64,000 nucleotides of DNA from Trueperaceae bacterium (GCA_965214405.1 OZ243956.1:96001-160000), one strand, 5' to 3'. Counted from the first letter of the stretch, positions 49,166 through 59,592 are shown. Program-made: numbers and translations. Notes: generated by a model from the sequence alone, not told the origin.

Positions 49166-49846
49166 ATGGAGAAGAGCCCTTCACCCAGCCCGGCCCGCGA
49201 GGTCACCCACCCCGAGGCGACCCGGCTGCTCACCGACATGACCGGCCTGCGCTATTTAGAGCCCTTCTTCGGGCAACCCCGTACCGTGAGCGAGGCGGCG
49301 GCCCTGCTCGAGGTGAAACCCAACTCGCTCCTCTACCGGGTGCGCCGGTTCGTGGAGCTGGGTCTGCTCACGGTCGTGTCGGAGGAGGCTCGAGCGGGAC
49401 GCGCAGTCAAGCGGTACAAAACCTCCGCGGAGGCGTTTTTCATTCCCTTCGCGGCGACCGACGCCCTCACCCCGGAAGCGTGGCTGCTGCGTTGGGAGCG
49501 CGATCTCCAGGATCAGCTTGTGCAGAGCGCCCTGACGAACAGCGAGGAGCCGCCGAGCACGTGGGGGCTGAGGATCGGGCTCGGCCAAGACGGGCTACTC
49601 AATGTGTACCCGGCGTCGCAGGACGGGCGGCTGGTGATGTTCGGCTTGGAGGCCGACCGGGCCGCGACGCTGCTGGGCTGGAACACGGGGCTTTACCTCG
49701 ACTACCCGGCAGCCAAGGCGTTCCAGCGGGAGCTTCACGACTTAATCCAGAAATACTACCGCAGGGGCGGGGCTCAGCAGTACGTCCTGCGTGTAGCCCT
49801 GGCACCCCTGCCGAGGCAGACGGTGCCGCCGCTCTTCACAATTTGA
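49166..49846 (+). CDS. ArsR-like winged-helix regulator (Deinococcus-type)
   Basis: LEPF....TVSEAA..L....NSLLYRVRRFVELGLL......GRAVKRY; divergent from the AhpD-ABC operon. Confidence 0.8.
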   Translation: MEKSPSPSPAREVTHPEATRLLTDMTGLRYLEPFFGQPRTVSEAAALLEVKPNSLLYRVRRFVELGLLTVVSEEARAGRAVKRYKTSAEAFFIPFAATDALTPEAWLLRWERDLQDQLVQSALTNSEEPPSTWGLRIGLGQDGLLNVYPASQDGRLVMFGLEADRAATLLGWNTGLYLDYPAAKAFQRELHDLIQKYYRRGGAQQYVLRVALAPLPRQTVPPLFTI

Positions 49847-50139
49847 GGAGTATGGAGTGAACGCCTCAGCACAGTGGCTTCACAACATCACGCCGTAGTG
49901 CTCGAGGAGGGCCGCGTACGCGGGGTATGTTACTGCCTTCGTGAAGTTATCAGCACATTGACTAAAATGACGCCTCTCAGCTTTTTGAGTTTCTACCCTG
50001 GATAAGAAGCGAAAGATTTAAGGTGCGCTAAAAGCCAAGGCGCAGAAGTTTCAAGTCGGACTACGGGCCTTCTCACGCATAAAGATGCGCCCTCACCAAA
50101 GAAAGCAACTTTAACGCTGGGATGACATCACGTATTACC

Positions 50140-51189
50140 TCACCCCTGCGCCGCCTCCCTCACCCCCCTCACCAACTCCGGGTGCTTCGCCTCGGCGTCG
50201 GGATAGTAGAGCACGCAGCGCGCGTAGTGCCCCGGCGCGGCCTCGACCATGTCGGGCAGGCGCGCGTTGCATTCGGCGTGGGCGAAGGGGCAGCGCGGCG
50301 CGAAGGGGCAGCCGGGGGGCAGGTCGGCCAAATCGGGGATGTCGCCGGTGGCCTGTAGGGTCTCGGGCTCCAAACCCGACTCGGGCTTGGGCGCGGCCTT
50401 TTTGAGGAGCTGCGTGTAGGGGTGCTTGGGCGTGTTGATGAGGCCGCTCGAGGGTCCCACCTCCATCAGCCTGCCCGCGTACATCACCGCGATGCGGTCG
50501 CTCATGTAGTGCGCCCCCGCGAGGTCGTGGGTGATGAAGAGGAGCGACAGCCCCTCCTGCTCCTTGAGGTCCAGAAGCAGGTTCATGATGTCGAGCCGGA
50601 TGGACACGTCGAGCATCGAGGTGGGCTCGTCGGCCAAGACGAGCTTGGGCTCCACCGCCAAGGCCCGCGCGATGCCCACGCGCTGCCGCTCGCCGCCCGA
50701 GAGTTCGTAGGGGTATTTGTCGATGTAGCGCTCCGCGGGTTTGAGGCCGCAGCGCTCGAGCAGCGCCTTCGTCTCCTCCCGCACGTTCTTACGGGTGGCG
50801 AGGCCGTGGACGAGCAGCGGGCGCTTGAGGATGTACGAAATCGGGTAAACGGTGTTGAGCGATGAAAAGGGGTCCTGAAAAATCATCTGGACCCGCTTGC
50901 GGTAGCGCCGCAGCGCGCGCCCGCGCAAGCCCGCGGGGACGGTTTCACCCGAGAGCGCCATCTCGCCCGCGGTGGGCTCGTAAAGTCTGGCGATAAGCCG
51001 CGCGACGGTGGACTTGCCCGAGCCCGACTCGCCGACGAGCCCCAGCACCTCGCGTTCGCCGATGGTTAAGTCGATGTCGCCCACCGCCGGGACCTTGGTC
51101 GAGCCGAACATGCCGCCCAGAACAAAAGTTTTGCTGAGGCCGTGAGCCTCAAACACGGGCGTTCCGCTCTCTTCTCCCGTGTAACTCAC
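50140..51189 (-). CDS. Opp/Dpp-family ABC ATPase (OppF-like)
   Basis: GESGSGKST, LSGGERQR, HPYT, GCPFAPRC. Confidence 0.93.
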   Translation of the reverse strand: MSYTGEESGTPVFEAHGLSKTFVLGGMFGSTKVPAVGDIDLTIGEREVLGLVGESGSGKSTVARLIARLYEPTAGEMALSGETVPAGLRGRALRRYRKRVQMIFQDPFSSLNTVYPISYILKRPLLVHGLATRKNVREETKALLERCGLKPAERYIDKYPYELSGGERQRVGIARALAVEPKLVLADEPTSMLDVSIRLDIMNLLLDLKEQEGLSLLFITHDLAGAHYMSDRIAVMYAGRLMEVGPSSGLINTPKHPYTQLLKKAAPKPESGLEPETLQATGDIPDLADLPPGCPFAPRCPFAHAECNARLPDMVEAAPGHYARCVLYYPDAEAKHPELVRGVREAAQG

Positions 51190-53153
51190 GCTGGCAACGC
51201 TCCCAGCTCGCCGGGCTGCACCAGCGCCTCTTCCCGGTCATGCGCGGCCAAGAGTGCTTCGTCATAGAGGTGACAAGCGGTGGTGTGACCCTCCACCACT
51301 TCACGCAGCGGCGGCGTCACGGTGTCGCAGAGCCCTTCCAAGCGCCAGGCGCAGCGCGCGAAAAAGGGGCAGCCGGTGACGGGCTTGCTGAGGTCGGGCG
51401 GCTTGCCGGGGATGCCGTGCAGCCTTTCGCGCGCCCCCACGAGGGGCGGAAAGGCGTGCATCAGCCCCTGCGTGTAGGGGTGCAGCGGCTCGGCGTAGAG
51501 CTCGCGCGAGGGGGCCTTTTCGATGACCGTGCCCGCGTACATGATCATCACGCTGTCGCTTATTTCGACCAACAGGGAGAGGTCGTGGGTGATGAAGATG
51601 ATGGCGATGCCCAGCTCCTTGCGGATGACGTCGATTTTTTGCAAGAGCGTGCGCTGCACCACCACGTCGAGCGCGGTGGTGGGCTCGTCCATGAGGATGA
51701 GGTCGGGCTCGAGCGCAAGCGCGATGGCAATAACCGCCCGCTGCTTCATCCCGCCCGAGAGCTGGTGCGGGTAGGCGTCTAAGTAGTCGGGGGAAATGTC
51801 CACGAGTTCAAAAAGTTCTCGCGCGCGTTTGCCTAAAGCCGCCTCGTCCATCCGCGTGTGCGCCCGCATCGCGTCGTAAATCTGCGTGCGGATGCGCGTC
51901 ACCGGGTTGAGGACGTTCATCGAGGCCTGGAACACGACCGAAAAGTCGCGCCAGCGCATCCCGCGTAACTCTCGAGCCCCCACCTTGGCGAGGTCCTTGC
52001 CGCCTAACCACACCTCACCTCCCAAAATCTCGCCGGGCGGCTTGAGGAGCCGGGCGATGCCAAACGCGAGCGTCGTTTTGCCGCAGCCCGACTCGCCCGC
52101 GACGCCCAAGAATTCACCCCGCTCGAGCGTTAGGTCAACGTCCCGCACCGCGCGCACGGTCCTGTCGCCCAGCACGTAGCCCGCGCTGAAGTCTTTGACC
52201 TGCAAAAGCGCGTCGCTGTTGGGTTGTGGGGTGGACCGGATGGGTTGTGCAGCGGAGGACGTAGCAGATATGCCAACGGGCGTAGGCTCGAGCGTCCGCG
52301 CCCGCTTGGGTTTTTTTGCACCCTGAGAGCGCAGCTTCGGATTGGTAATCTCGTCAATCGCAAAGTTAAGCAGCGCGAATGAGGTGCCCAACAAGGCGAT
52401 GCAGAGCCCCGGCGCGACCATCCAGGCCCACTGGCCCATCAGGAACGCCTGGTTGTTCTGCGCCCAGTAGAGCATCGTCCCCCAGGTGGTGATGCCCACG
52501 TCGCCAAGGCCCAGAAACTCGAGGCCCGCCTCGCTAAGAACCGCAAAGAGCGCCGCCCCGAAAAAGTTGGCCGCGATGAGCGAGAGCATGTTGGGCAAGA
52601 TTTCGGCAAAGATAATGCGCCCGCCCCCCTCGCCCGCCACCGTCGCCGCCTGAACAAAATCACGGTTCCGCAGCGTCAGCATCTGCGAGCGCAGCACTCG
52701 AGCGCCCCAGGCCCAGCCGGTTATGGCAATCACAAAGATGATGGGCAAGACCCCGCTGAGGCTGATATAGGCCGCGATGACGATAAGGAGCGGCAGCCCC
52801 GGAATCACCAGAAAGATGTTGGTAAAGGTGGACAAAACCTCGTCTATCCAGCCGCCGTAGTAACCCGCCACGAGCCCAATCAGCACAGAAATAAACGTCG
52901 CCACCGCGCCAGCCAGGAGCCCCACGAGCAGCGACAACCGCGTGCCCCAGACGAGTTGCGAGAAGATGTCTTGCCCTAATGCCGTCGTCCCCAAGAGATG
53001 CTGCGCACTCGGCGGCTCGAACGGGAGGAAGGTCATCTCCGAGGGCGAGGCGGGCGCCAGCCAGGGTGCGAAAAGAGCCACGAACGCGAAGGTCGCCAAA
53101 AGGGCGAGCCCAAGCTGCGACTTGCGGTTGTAAAGAAGCCGCGACCAGTCCAC
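51186..53153 (-). CDS. Fused Opp-family permease (OppC) + ATPase (OppD)
   Basis: N-half LLGTTALGQD...TM helices; C-half GESGCGKTT, LSGGMKQR, HPYT. Confidence 0.9.
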   Translation of the reverse strand: MDWSRLLYNRKSQLGLALLATFAFVALFAPWLAPASPSEMTFLPFEPPSAQHLLGTTALGQDIFSQLVWGTRLSLLVGLLAGAVATFISVLIGLVAGYYGGWIDEVLSTFTNIFLVIPGLPLLIVIAAYISLSGVLPIIFVIAITGWAWGARVLRSQMLTLRNRDFVQAATVAGEGGGRIIFAEILPNMLSLIAANFFGAALFAVLSEAGLEFLGLGDVGITTWGTMLYWAQNNQAFLMGQWAWMVAPGLCIALLGTSFALLNFAIDEITNPKLRSQGAKKPKRARTLEPTPVGISATSSAAQPIRSTPQPNSDALLQVKDFSAGYVLGDRTVRAVRDVDLTLERGEFLGVAGESGCGKTTLAFGIARLLKPPGEILGGEVWLGGKDLAKVGARELRGMRWRDFSVVFQASMNVLNPVTRIRTQIYDAMRAHTRMDEAALGKRARELFELVDISPDYLDAYPHQLSGGMKQRAVIAIALALEPDLILMDEPTTALDVVVQRTLLQKIDVIRKELGIAIIFITHDLSLLVEISDSVMIMYAGTVIEKAPSRELYAEPLHPYTQGLMHAFPPLVGARERLHGIPGKPPDLSKPVTGCPFFARCAWRLEGLCDTVTPPLREVVEGHTTACHLYDEALLAAHDREEALVQPGELGALPA

Positions 53154-54140
53154 TTACGCCCCCCGGCTCCGCACCCGCGGGTCGAGGAGCGAATAGGCCA
53201 CGTCCGCGAGAAAGTTCGCCACGAGCACCGCCAGCGTGATAAAGAGAAAGATAGCTTGCATCAGCGGGTAGTCAAGACTGACGACGGCCTGATAAAGGTA
53301 GTAGCCGATGCCGGGATAAGAAAAGACGATTTCGGTAAGTAAAGACCCGCTCACCACGAAACCCAGCGCCATCGCAAACGCGGTAAAACTTGGCAGAATC
53401 GCGTTGCGCGCCGCGTACTGGAGCATGACCCGCTGAGTAGAGAGACCCTTAGCGTGTGCAAACGCGATGTAGTCCTCACTAAGGACGCCAATCAAGTTGT
53501 TACGCATCGTGAGGAGCCAGCCGCCCATCGCGGTCACGATGATGGTCAGCGCGGGCAGGACGCTGTGGTAGAGCACGCTGCTTATCCAGGGCCAGCCCGA
53601 ACCCCGCACCACCTCGTTGCCGTAGCCGCCGCTCAGCGGGAACCAACCCAAAAGATAAGAGAACACATAAAGCGCAATCAGAGCGAGCCAAAAGTACGGC
53701 ACGCCGTTTAGAAAAAGAGAGGCCAGCACCAGCGAATCAGCCCCCGCGGAGTCGCGCCGCCAGCCGGAAAGAATGCCCAGCAGCGTACCCAAAATAAAGG
53801 CGAGCAGCGTGGTGACCCCGACGAGCGCCAGGGTCCAGGGCACCGCCTGCGCCAGCACCGAACTCACGGGCGCGGGAAAGTAACCCAATGAAACGCCGAA
53901 GTCCCCAGTCAGCATCCTTTTCCAATAGTTAAAATATTGTATCAGCGGGTTGGCGTTCGTCTCGAGCCCGAACGCCGCCCGAAGCGCTTCCGCCGCCGCG
54001 GGCGAGAGCCGCCCCTGGTAGCGCGCCAGCATCACCCCGATGGGGTCGCCCGGAACCAAGAGGGGGAGCACATAGTTAATCGTCAGAGCCGCCCAACCCG
54101 TCACGAGCAGCAAAGCGAGTTTGCGCAGCAAGTAGCGCAC
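53154..54140 (-). CDS. Opp-family permease (OppB-like)
   Basis: PGDP, GDFGVS, EDYIAFAHAKGL, EIVFSYPGIG, DPRV. Confidence 0.93.
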   Translation of the reverse strand: MRYLLRKLALLLVTGWAALTINYVLPLLVPGDPIGVMLARYQGRLSPAAAEALRAAFGLETNANPLIQYFNYWKRMLTGDFGVSLGYFPAPVSSVLAQAVPWTLALVGVTTLLAFILGTLLGILSGWRRDSAGADSLVLASLFLNGVPYFWLALIALYVFSYLLGWFPLSGGYGNEVVRGSGWPWISSVLYHSVLPALTIIVTAMGGWLLTMRNNLIGVLSEDYIAFAHAKGLSTQRVMLQYAARNAILPSFTAFAMALGFVVSGSLLTEIVFSYPGIGYYLYQAVVSLDYPLMQAIFLFITLAVLVANFLADVAYSLLDPRVRSRGA

Positions 54141-54190
54141 GAGTTCGTACCTCCTACAGCTTCGGTTACCCTGCGCACAAGTTATCTGGT

Positions 54191-54259
54191 CAGGGGATGG
54201 GGAGTGGAGGGATAGGGAGAGGAGTTTTTAACCTTCTCCCCACCTCCTCTACCCTCCTG
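54191..54259. repeat. Purine-run / pyrimidine-run hairpin downstream of the SBP gene
   Basis: caggggatggggagtggagggatagggagagg...ccttctccccacctcctctaccctcctg; imperfect pairing. Confidence 0.5.
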
Positions 54260-54288
54260 TCAATCTCCGTCACACTGTGCCGGGACGC

Positions 54289-56010
54289 TTACTTCAGATG
54301 AATCTCGCGGAACATGAGCAGCCCCGCGGCGCTGTCGTCCGGGCCGCCGTCGGTGTAGGGATTGTCCGCCGTGGGCCAGCCCGTAAAGTTCGACAAGTTG
54401 TAGTTCGAGAACTGCACCCGGTCGGTTAAGGGCACGTAAGGCACCTGCTCGACAACCACCGAAGCGATGTCGCTAATGGCCTGCTTTTGGGTGGCCTCAT
54501 CGCTGCTGCTGCGGTAGGTCTCTAACGCCTGCGTGATCGTCGGGTCGGTAAAACGCGAAAAGTTCGAGGCGGCGAGTTCGCCCACCTCCGCCGAAAATTC
54601 GGGCGCGAACGACTGGTTGTAGAGATAGTAGGGCGTCGGGCCGTTGCCCCAGCCCCACGAGATCGCCATGTCGTAGGTGCCGCTTTGGAGCGCGCGCGAG
54701 TACGAGCCCCAGTTCTCTTGCTGAATGGTCGTGCTGATGCCCAGAGCCTGCAAATTCTGAGAGATGATCTGCGCCATCGTGATGAAGTCGGTCCAGCCCG
54801 CGCCCACCAGGATGTTAAAGGTCGGCAGCGCGTCGCCTTGGGGGTCGAGCAGCGTGTCACCGTTCAGGGTGTAGCCCGCCTCGGTCAGCATCGCCCTGGC
54901 CGCCTCGGGGTCGTAGCCGTAGTTCGCTTCGGCGAGGGACGCGTCGAGCCACACGTCTTGTTGCGACGGGATGATGCCGGTTGGGTCCGCCGGGCCGACC
55001 GAGGTGCCCGCGTAAGCCTTGGCGGCCAAGTCAGCTTTGTCAATCGCCATCGCAATGGCCTTACGCAGCGCCACGTCGTCAAAAGGGGCCTTGGCGGTGT
55101 TTAAGAAAAGGATGTTGTCGTTGTTGACGGGCCACCAATATTGGTACAAGTCGGGATTTTTGGACGCGTAGGTCCGCTCGACGTTGGAGATGTTCGAGTA
55201 GGCGTAGTCCGCTTGATTGCTCAGCAGCAAGAGCAGCGAGGCCTGGTTGCTGTTGGTCACCTGCCAGGTGACGCCGTCGATATAGGGCTGACCGGAAAGC
55301 CAGTAGTTCGGATTCTTGACCACCTTGATAAGCTGCGGCGCGAACGAGTCGAACAAAAAGGGACCCGTCCCGACCGGGTTCTCATTGGTCGCCTCGGCGG
55401 GATTGTCGATACCCGACCAGACGTGCTCGGGCACGATGAGCTGCCCCGCGATGCCGTTGCCGTTCGCAAAAAGCGGCGTGTTGGGTTCTGAAAAGCTGAA
55501 GACCATGGTGTTGGCGTCGGTCACCTCGACGCTCCCCAGACCCAAGGCCCATAGCCCTTTGGTGTCCAGGGCCGGGTACTCTTTAAGGTAGTTAAAGGTG
55601 AACGCCACGTCGTCGGCACTGAAAGGTTCGCCGTCGCTCCAAGAAACGCCCTCGCGCGTCCCGACTGTAAGCGTCAGGGTGTCGTCGCTCCACTCGTATG
55701 AGGTGCCGAGCAGGGGGACCACGTCGCCGTTAAGCGTATTGACAAAAAAGAGCGGTTCATAAATGAGCGGCGTCGCGGGCAGGTTCTGGCCCGCCGTGCC
55801 GAAGGGGTTTAGGTTAAAGGTGTAGCTGCCCGAGTCGCGGGTGACTTGCAGGGTCCCGCCGGTTTTAACAGCTTCTTGCGCGCCCACCTGAGCCGAAAAC
55901 GCCGCCACCACAAGCGCCACAACGAACGCCGCAGCAACGAGCACGCGGCTGACGCTTTCATAGGGAGTCCACCCGACGTTTTTTACTGCGCTACCGATTG
56001 GTTTACTCAT
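54289..56010 (-). CDS. Family 5 solute-binding protein, probably oligosaccharide-binding
   Basis: NLNPF, IYEPL, WSDGEPFSADDVAFTF, PVGTGPF, GWTDF motif; AAGGAG RBS before ATG 56010. Confidence 0.88.
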   Translation of the reverse strand: MSKPIGSAVKNVGWTPYESVSRVLVAAAFVVALVVAAFSAQVGAQEAVKTGGTLQVTRDSGSYTFNLNPFGTAGQNLPATPLIYEPLFFVNTLNGDVVPLLGTSYEWSDDTLTLTVGTREGVSWSDGEPFSADDVAFTFNYLKEYPALDTKGLWALGLGSVEVTDANTMVFSFSEPNTPLFANGNGIAGQLIVPEHVWSGIDNPAEATNENPVGTGPFLFDSFAPQLIKVVKNPNYWLSGQPYIDGVTWQVTNSNQASLLLLLSNQADYAYSNISNVERTYASKNPDLYQYWWPVNNDNILFLNTAKAPFDDVALRKAIAMAIDKADLAAKAYAGTSVGPADPTGIIPSQQDVWLDASLAEANYGYDPEAARAMLTEAGYTLNGDTLLDPQGDALPTFNILVGAGWTDFITMAQIISQNLQALGISTTIQQENWGSYSRALQSGTYDMAISWGWGNGPTPYYLYNQSFAPEFSAEVGELAASNFSRFTDPTITQALETYRSSSDEATQKQAISDIASVVVEQVPYVPLTDRVQFSNYNLSNFTGWPTADNPYTDGGPDDSAAGLLMFREIHLK

Positions 56011-56499
56011 AACACTCCTTTGCTGTAGTTTGAGTATGTCTAAGGCCGCGTCGGCAAACGTAGAAAGTTTAGCTGTGCTAAAGCTTGTGCGACCTCGCCC
56101 GCCTATGTACCCTCCACCTCGAGCCGCCAACAAACCCGGCGCAACCGCTATGACATACTGACTTAAACGGAGTTTACCACTTTTGAAAACGCTGCAATCT
56201 TGTGACGTGCTACGAACAGGCTTTTATCATCCACTCCTCGAGCCTGGCCTTACTCGTCAGTTCCAACATAAGGTTGAGTCTCCCCCCTATTGCGTTTGGC
56301 TCCTCACCACTCTTACCCTTGCCTACCCGGCTTTTTAAGTTCAAGAGGCTTGTTCGGACTGGTACTCGGGTGGCGCAGGCCACGCCCGGTCACCCAGGGA
56401 TGCTCGCGCACGGATTCGGCCTTACGCCTGACGGAACAACATACAAAACAAGGACCGAGTTTGGCACGGGCTTCTTGATCTCAGGATTCGGTACCGACG

Positions 56500-57600
56500 C
56501 TAATCCGCCGCCGACGGCTCCCGCTCCGAGCGGTACCAGCGGCTGCTCACGTAGTAGTCGCGGTAGAGCAGCGTCAAAAAGGCCGCGACGGGCACCGATA
56601 AAATCGCGCCCACCACGCCGAACAAGGCCGAGCCCGCGAGGATGGCGACGATGATGGTCACGGGGTCGATTTCGATGGTCTGCGAGTAGACGAGCGGCGT
56701 CAAGATATTGGCGTCGATTTGCTGAACCAAAATGAGCACGCCCAGCGCGCCGAGTACCGAGCCAAAACCCGCGGTAAAGGCAAACAGCGCCGTGGGTATC
56801 GCGGCGATAACCGGTCCGAAAAAGGGAATGAGGTTGGCAACGCCCGCAACCACGCCGAGCCCGATGGCGAGCGGGATACCCAGCAAAAAAAGTCCGAGTC
56901 CCGTGAGCACGCCGACCATCACGGCGATAAGAAGCTGACCCCGGATATAGCCGCCGACCGCGAAGCTCACCCCGCCCATGATTTCCTCGACGCCGGGCCG
57001 GTAGCGGTGCGGGAAGGCGCGCAGAAACGAGCGGCTGTAGTGGGGGTAGTTGTAGAGCAAGTAAAGCGTCAGCACGAACACGATAAAGGCCTGAAAGCCG
57101 CCCCCGCCAACCGCCGAAACCCAGGTGAGCACGCCGCCCCCGGCACCCGCGCTTTCTAAAGACGGCAGCACCTGCGTCGCAATGCCCTGCGCGAGCCGCT
57201 GCAAGGTAACAAAAACCTGCTGAAAGAGCGCGCCAAAGCTCGGGTCAATCTGGCGGCTGATAAGGTAGGGCAGTTCCTCGACGGTGCTAATAAGGGTGGG
57301 AAGCTCGCCGGTAAAAACCGTGAGTTGCGCCGCCAGTTGAACGCCCAAAAGCCACAACAGGCCCAGTGACGCGAGCAAAAGGAGCACCACGATGAACACG
57401 CCAAAGGAGCGGTGAAAGTCGCGGCGCTCGAACCACGACACCAAGGGGTTGAGCAAATAGGCTATCAAATAGGCTATCAGAAAGCTTGCCCACACCGACT
57501 GAGTCCGCACGAGCAGCAAGTAAACAAGGACCGCCACGAGCAACCCCACGAGCACGCGCACGTAGGGATTGGCCCAAATTTGTTTGAGCGCGCCTACCAT
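56500..57600 (-). CDS. AI-2E family transporter
   Basis: IAYLLNPLV, GGYIRGQL, NLIPFFGP, QQIDANILTP, GAILSVPVAA. Confidence 0.92.
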   Translation of the reverse strand: MVGALKQIWANPYVRVLVGLLVAVLVYLLLVRTQSVWASFLIAYLIAYLLNPLVSWFERRDFHRSFGVFIVVLLLLASLGLLWLLGVQLAAQLTVFTGELPTLISTVEELPYLISRQIDPSFGALFQQVFVTLQRLAQGIATQVLPSLESAGAGGGVLTWVSAVGGGGFQAFIVFVLTLYLLYNYPHYSRSFLRAFPHRYRPGVEEIMGGVSFAVGGYIRGQLLIAVMVGVLTGLGLFLLGIPLAIGLGVVAGVANLIPFFGPVIAAIPTALFAFTAGFGSVLGALGVLILVQQIDANILTPLVYSQTIEIDPVTIIVAILAGSALFGVVGAILSVPVAAFLTLLYRDYYVSSRWYRSEREPSAAD

Positions 57601-57663
57601 TGTGTTATCACCCTCTGTTGTGTTATCACCCTCTGTGTTATCACCCTCTGTGTTATCACCCTC
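57601..57663 (-). repeat. 4 x 15-bp tandem repeat GAGGGTGATAACACA abutting the AI-2E start codon
   Basis: Four exact units with one 3-bp insert. Confidence 0.92.
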
Positions 57664-57915
57664 GAGCCTCCTTTATTCACCTTATGCACAAGCCGTTAAA
57701 AATAGTGAAAACTTGTCCAAAAGTTTGAAGGAGAATGTAGAACACAGGATGCTCGTTTGATTCTCCCTCTCCTATTTCCTAACTTTACCCCTGAACCCAA
57801 TCTACAAAAAATCTTGCGTAGGGTGAGATATTTATGCGCCACCCTGCGCCGCCCTACTCCACCATCACACGCAATGACGCCTGCCATAACCCCTTCCATC
57901 ACTTGACGCACTGGA

Positions 57916-59037
57916 TTAGGGCAGCCGCCACGCCATCCCGGCGTCTACCGCCGTAATTACCTTGAGCTGGTTGTCGACCGCGTCGGCGACCAAATAGAAA
58001 GTATATACAGCCCCCGGCACGAGGATAAAGCCGGGCACTTCGATGATAATGTTTTGGCTTTCCACCTCCCGCACCACCAGCGTTTGCGCGCCCGACGGGA
58101 CGGGAACGTATTCGCTCGTGTTGGGAAACGAAAGGCCTTGGGCGAGCGTGACACCAGACGCCGCAGGCACCCCGGCCCCGCCGGTCCCGTTTCGCGGTCC
58201 CCCCGGCAAGGCGCTCGTGACGGTCACCGCGGGCGCGATAGAAGACGCGTGGACCACGCGCACGAATATGTTTCCGGCGATGGGCGGCCAGCCCAGAAAT
58301 TCGTCGCGGTAGAGTTGCAGCTCGACCTTTTGCCACGAACCGCCCGGATTGCGAAGGTTGGTGGTGAGGTCGGGCTGCTCGAGCGCCTCTGAAGGTTCCT
58401 GAAGCCTTTGCAGCGTGGCGGAGAGCGTGGCGGTGACGTTCGGTTGAACCTCGACCTCGTAGGTGGTGCTCTGGTAGCCCGCGCGCTGCGCGCTCACGGT
58501 GTAGCCGCCCGGCACCAGGTTCTCCTGAAGCGCGTCCCCCTGGAGCGTGACGCTGTAGCCGCGCGGCCCGACGAGGGTAAAAACGGTGTCGTCCGGGTCC
58601 ACGTTGACGCTCAGCGCGCCCCGCTCCTCCTCGACGGGCGGGGGCTCGTAAAAGCCTACGTAGTTGAGCGTGTAGTACGCGCCCGCCTCGAGCGTGACAA
58701 AAAGCGTCACCGGCTCCAGGGTCCGCGTGGCCCTGCTCGCGCGGGGCGGCGCGTCCGACACGCCTCCGGTACCCGCAGCCGCGTCCAGACCGACCTCCAG
58801 CTCCTGCGGCAGACGGTGCGCGAACACCCGGAGTTCGTGCCTCCCCGCGGGAAGCAACAGATAGCCGGTCACGTCGCTAAAGGCCACATCCCTGAGGACG
58901 AGCTCGTCATCCACCACCAAGTCCACGAGCGGCGCGTCGGGCGACAGGTGCGCCAAACGCAACCCGCTGAGCGGCGCGTCTTGGGCAAACGCGCCGCTCC
59001 AAAAGAGTAGAGCAGTCAGAAATAAGGTGAGGAACAT
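57916..59037 (-). CDS. Secreted DUF4397 domain protein with an internal PEGA-like domain
   Basis: Signal peptide; LRLAHLSPDAPLVD, VRVVHASSIAPAV, PGGYTVSAQRAGY. Confidence 0.8.
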   Translation of the reverse strand: MFLTLFLTALLFWSGAFAQDAPLSGLRLAHLSPDAPLVDLVVDDELVLRDVAFSDVTGYLLLPAGRHELRVFAHRLPQELEVGLDAAAGTGGVSDAPPRASRATRTLEPVTLFVTLEAGAYYTLNYVGFYEPPPVEEERGALSVNVDPDDTVFTLVGPRGYSVTLQGDALQENLVPGGYTVSAQRAGYQSTTYEVEVQPNVTATLSATLQRLQEPSEALEQPDLTTNLRNPGGSWQKVELQLYRDEFLGWPPIAGNIFVRVVHASSIAPAVTVTSALPGGPRNGTGGAGVPAASGVTLAQGLSFPNTSEYVPVPSGAQTLVVREVESQNIIIEVPGFILVPGAVYTFYLVADAVDNQLKVITAVDAGMAWRLP

Positions 59038-59099
59038 GCGCACCTTAAAGGGTAAGGATAACGCCCACCGCGAAACTTGTGTTGGTCCTGACAGGCGCG

Positions 59100-59369
59100 C
59101 TACTCCCGCTCGACAAAGCGGACGACGACGGTTTTTTCTTTGCCCTCGTGGTGCCACTTGGTCACGCCCCGCTCGAGCTTGGCAAAAAAATCCTCGATGA
59201 GGCTGCCCCACTCGCTCATGGCCCCGTCGATGCGAACCTCGAGCGTTCCGCCCCCTATAAGCTCCGCAATCTCGTCAGCGTCGCGGTCGCGTATGGTCTC
59301 GAGCTCCAACACCTCGTTACTTTGCGCGCTCTCTAACGCGGGCGCGGGTGTTTCTACAATTTTATCCAT
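59100..59369 (-). CDS. Hypothetical protein
   Basis: GGAGG RBS; 89-aa acidic ORF. Confidence 0.65.
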   Translation of the reverse strand: MDKIVETPAPALESAQSNEVLELETIRDRDADEIAELIGGGTLEVRIDGAMSEWGSLIEDFFAKLERGVTKWHHEGKEKTVVVRFVERE

Positions 59370-59524
59370 TATGCCTCCCTACATGGCTTACGTTGCTTAC
59401 GTTTTGCCGAGGCTTGGCCTGCGTTTCCAAACAGATCCGAAAGAAGCGCCTTGGCAACGCTCACTATATCTTTCTAGAAAATGCGCCGCTGTGACGCCGT
59501 CCTCATCCGGCGAAAGCGCCCCCT

Positions 59525-59557
59525 CAGGTTCAAGCTCAGGTTCAAGCTCAGGTTCAG
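59525..59557. repeat. 12-bp tandem repeat CAGGTTCAAGCT, about 2.7 copies
   Basis: Visible directly in the sequence. Confidence 0.75.
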
Positions 59558-59592
59558 ACAAGCTCGCGCTGGGCAAGTCAGGTTTGAATGCG

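Noticed and set aside
56183..56197. TTGAAAACGCTGCAA as a LacI-type operator
   Set aside because: Only one good half-site and no LacI gene in the window
56200..56499. Possible riboswitch or 6S-like RNA upstream of the Opp SBP (GCCGAATCC...CCGGGTAGGC on minus strand)
   Set aside because: Only fragments resemble the c-di-AMP riboswitch and core motifs are missing; an Rfam/Infernal scan would decide
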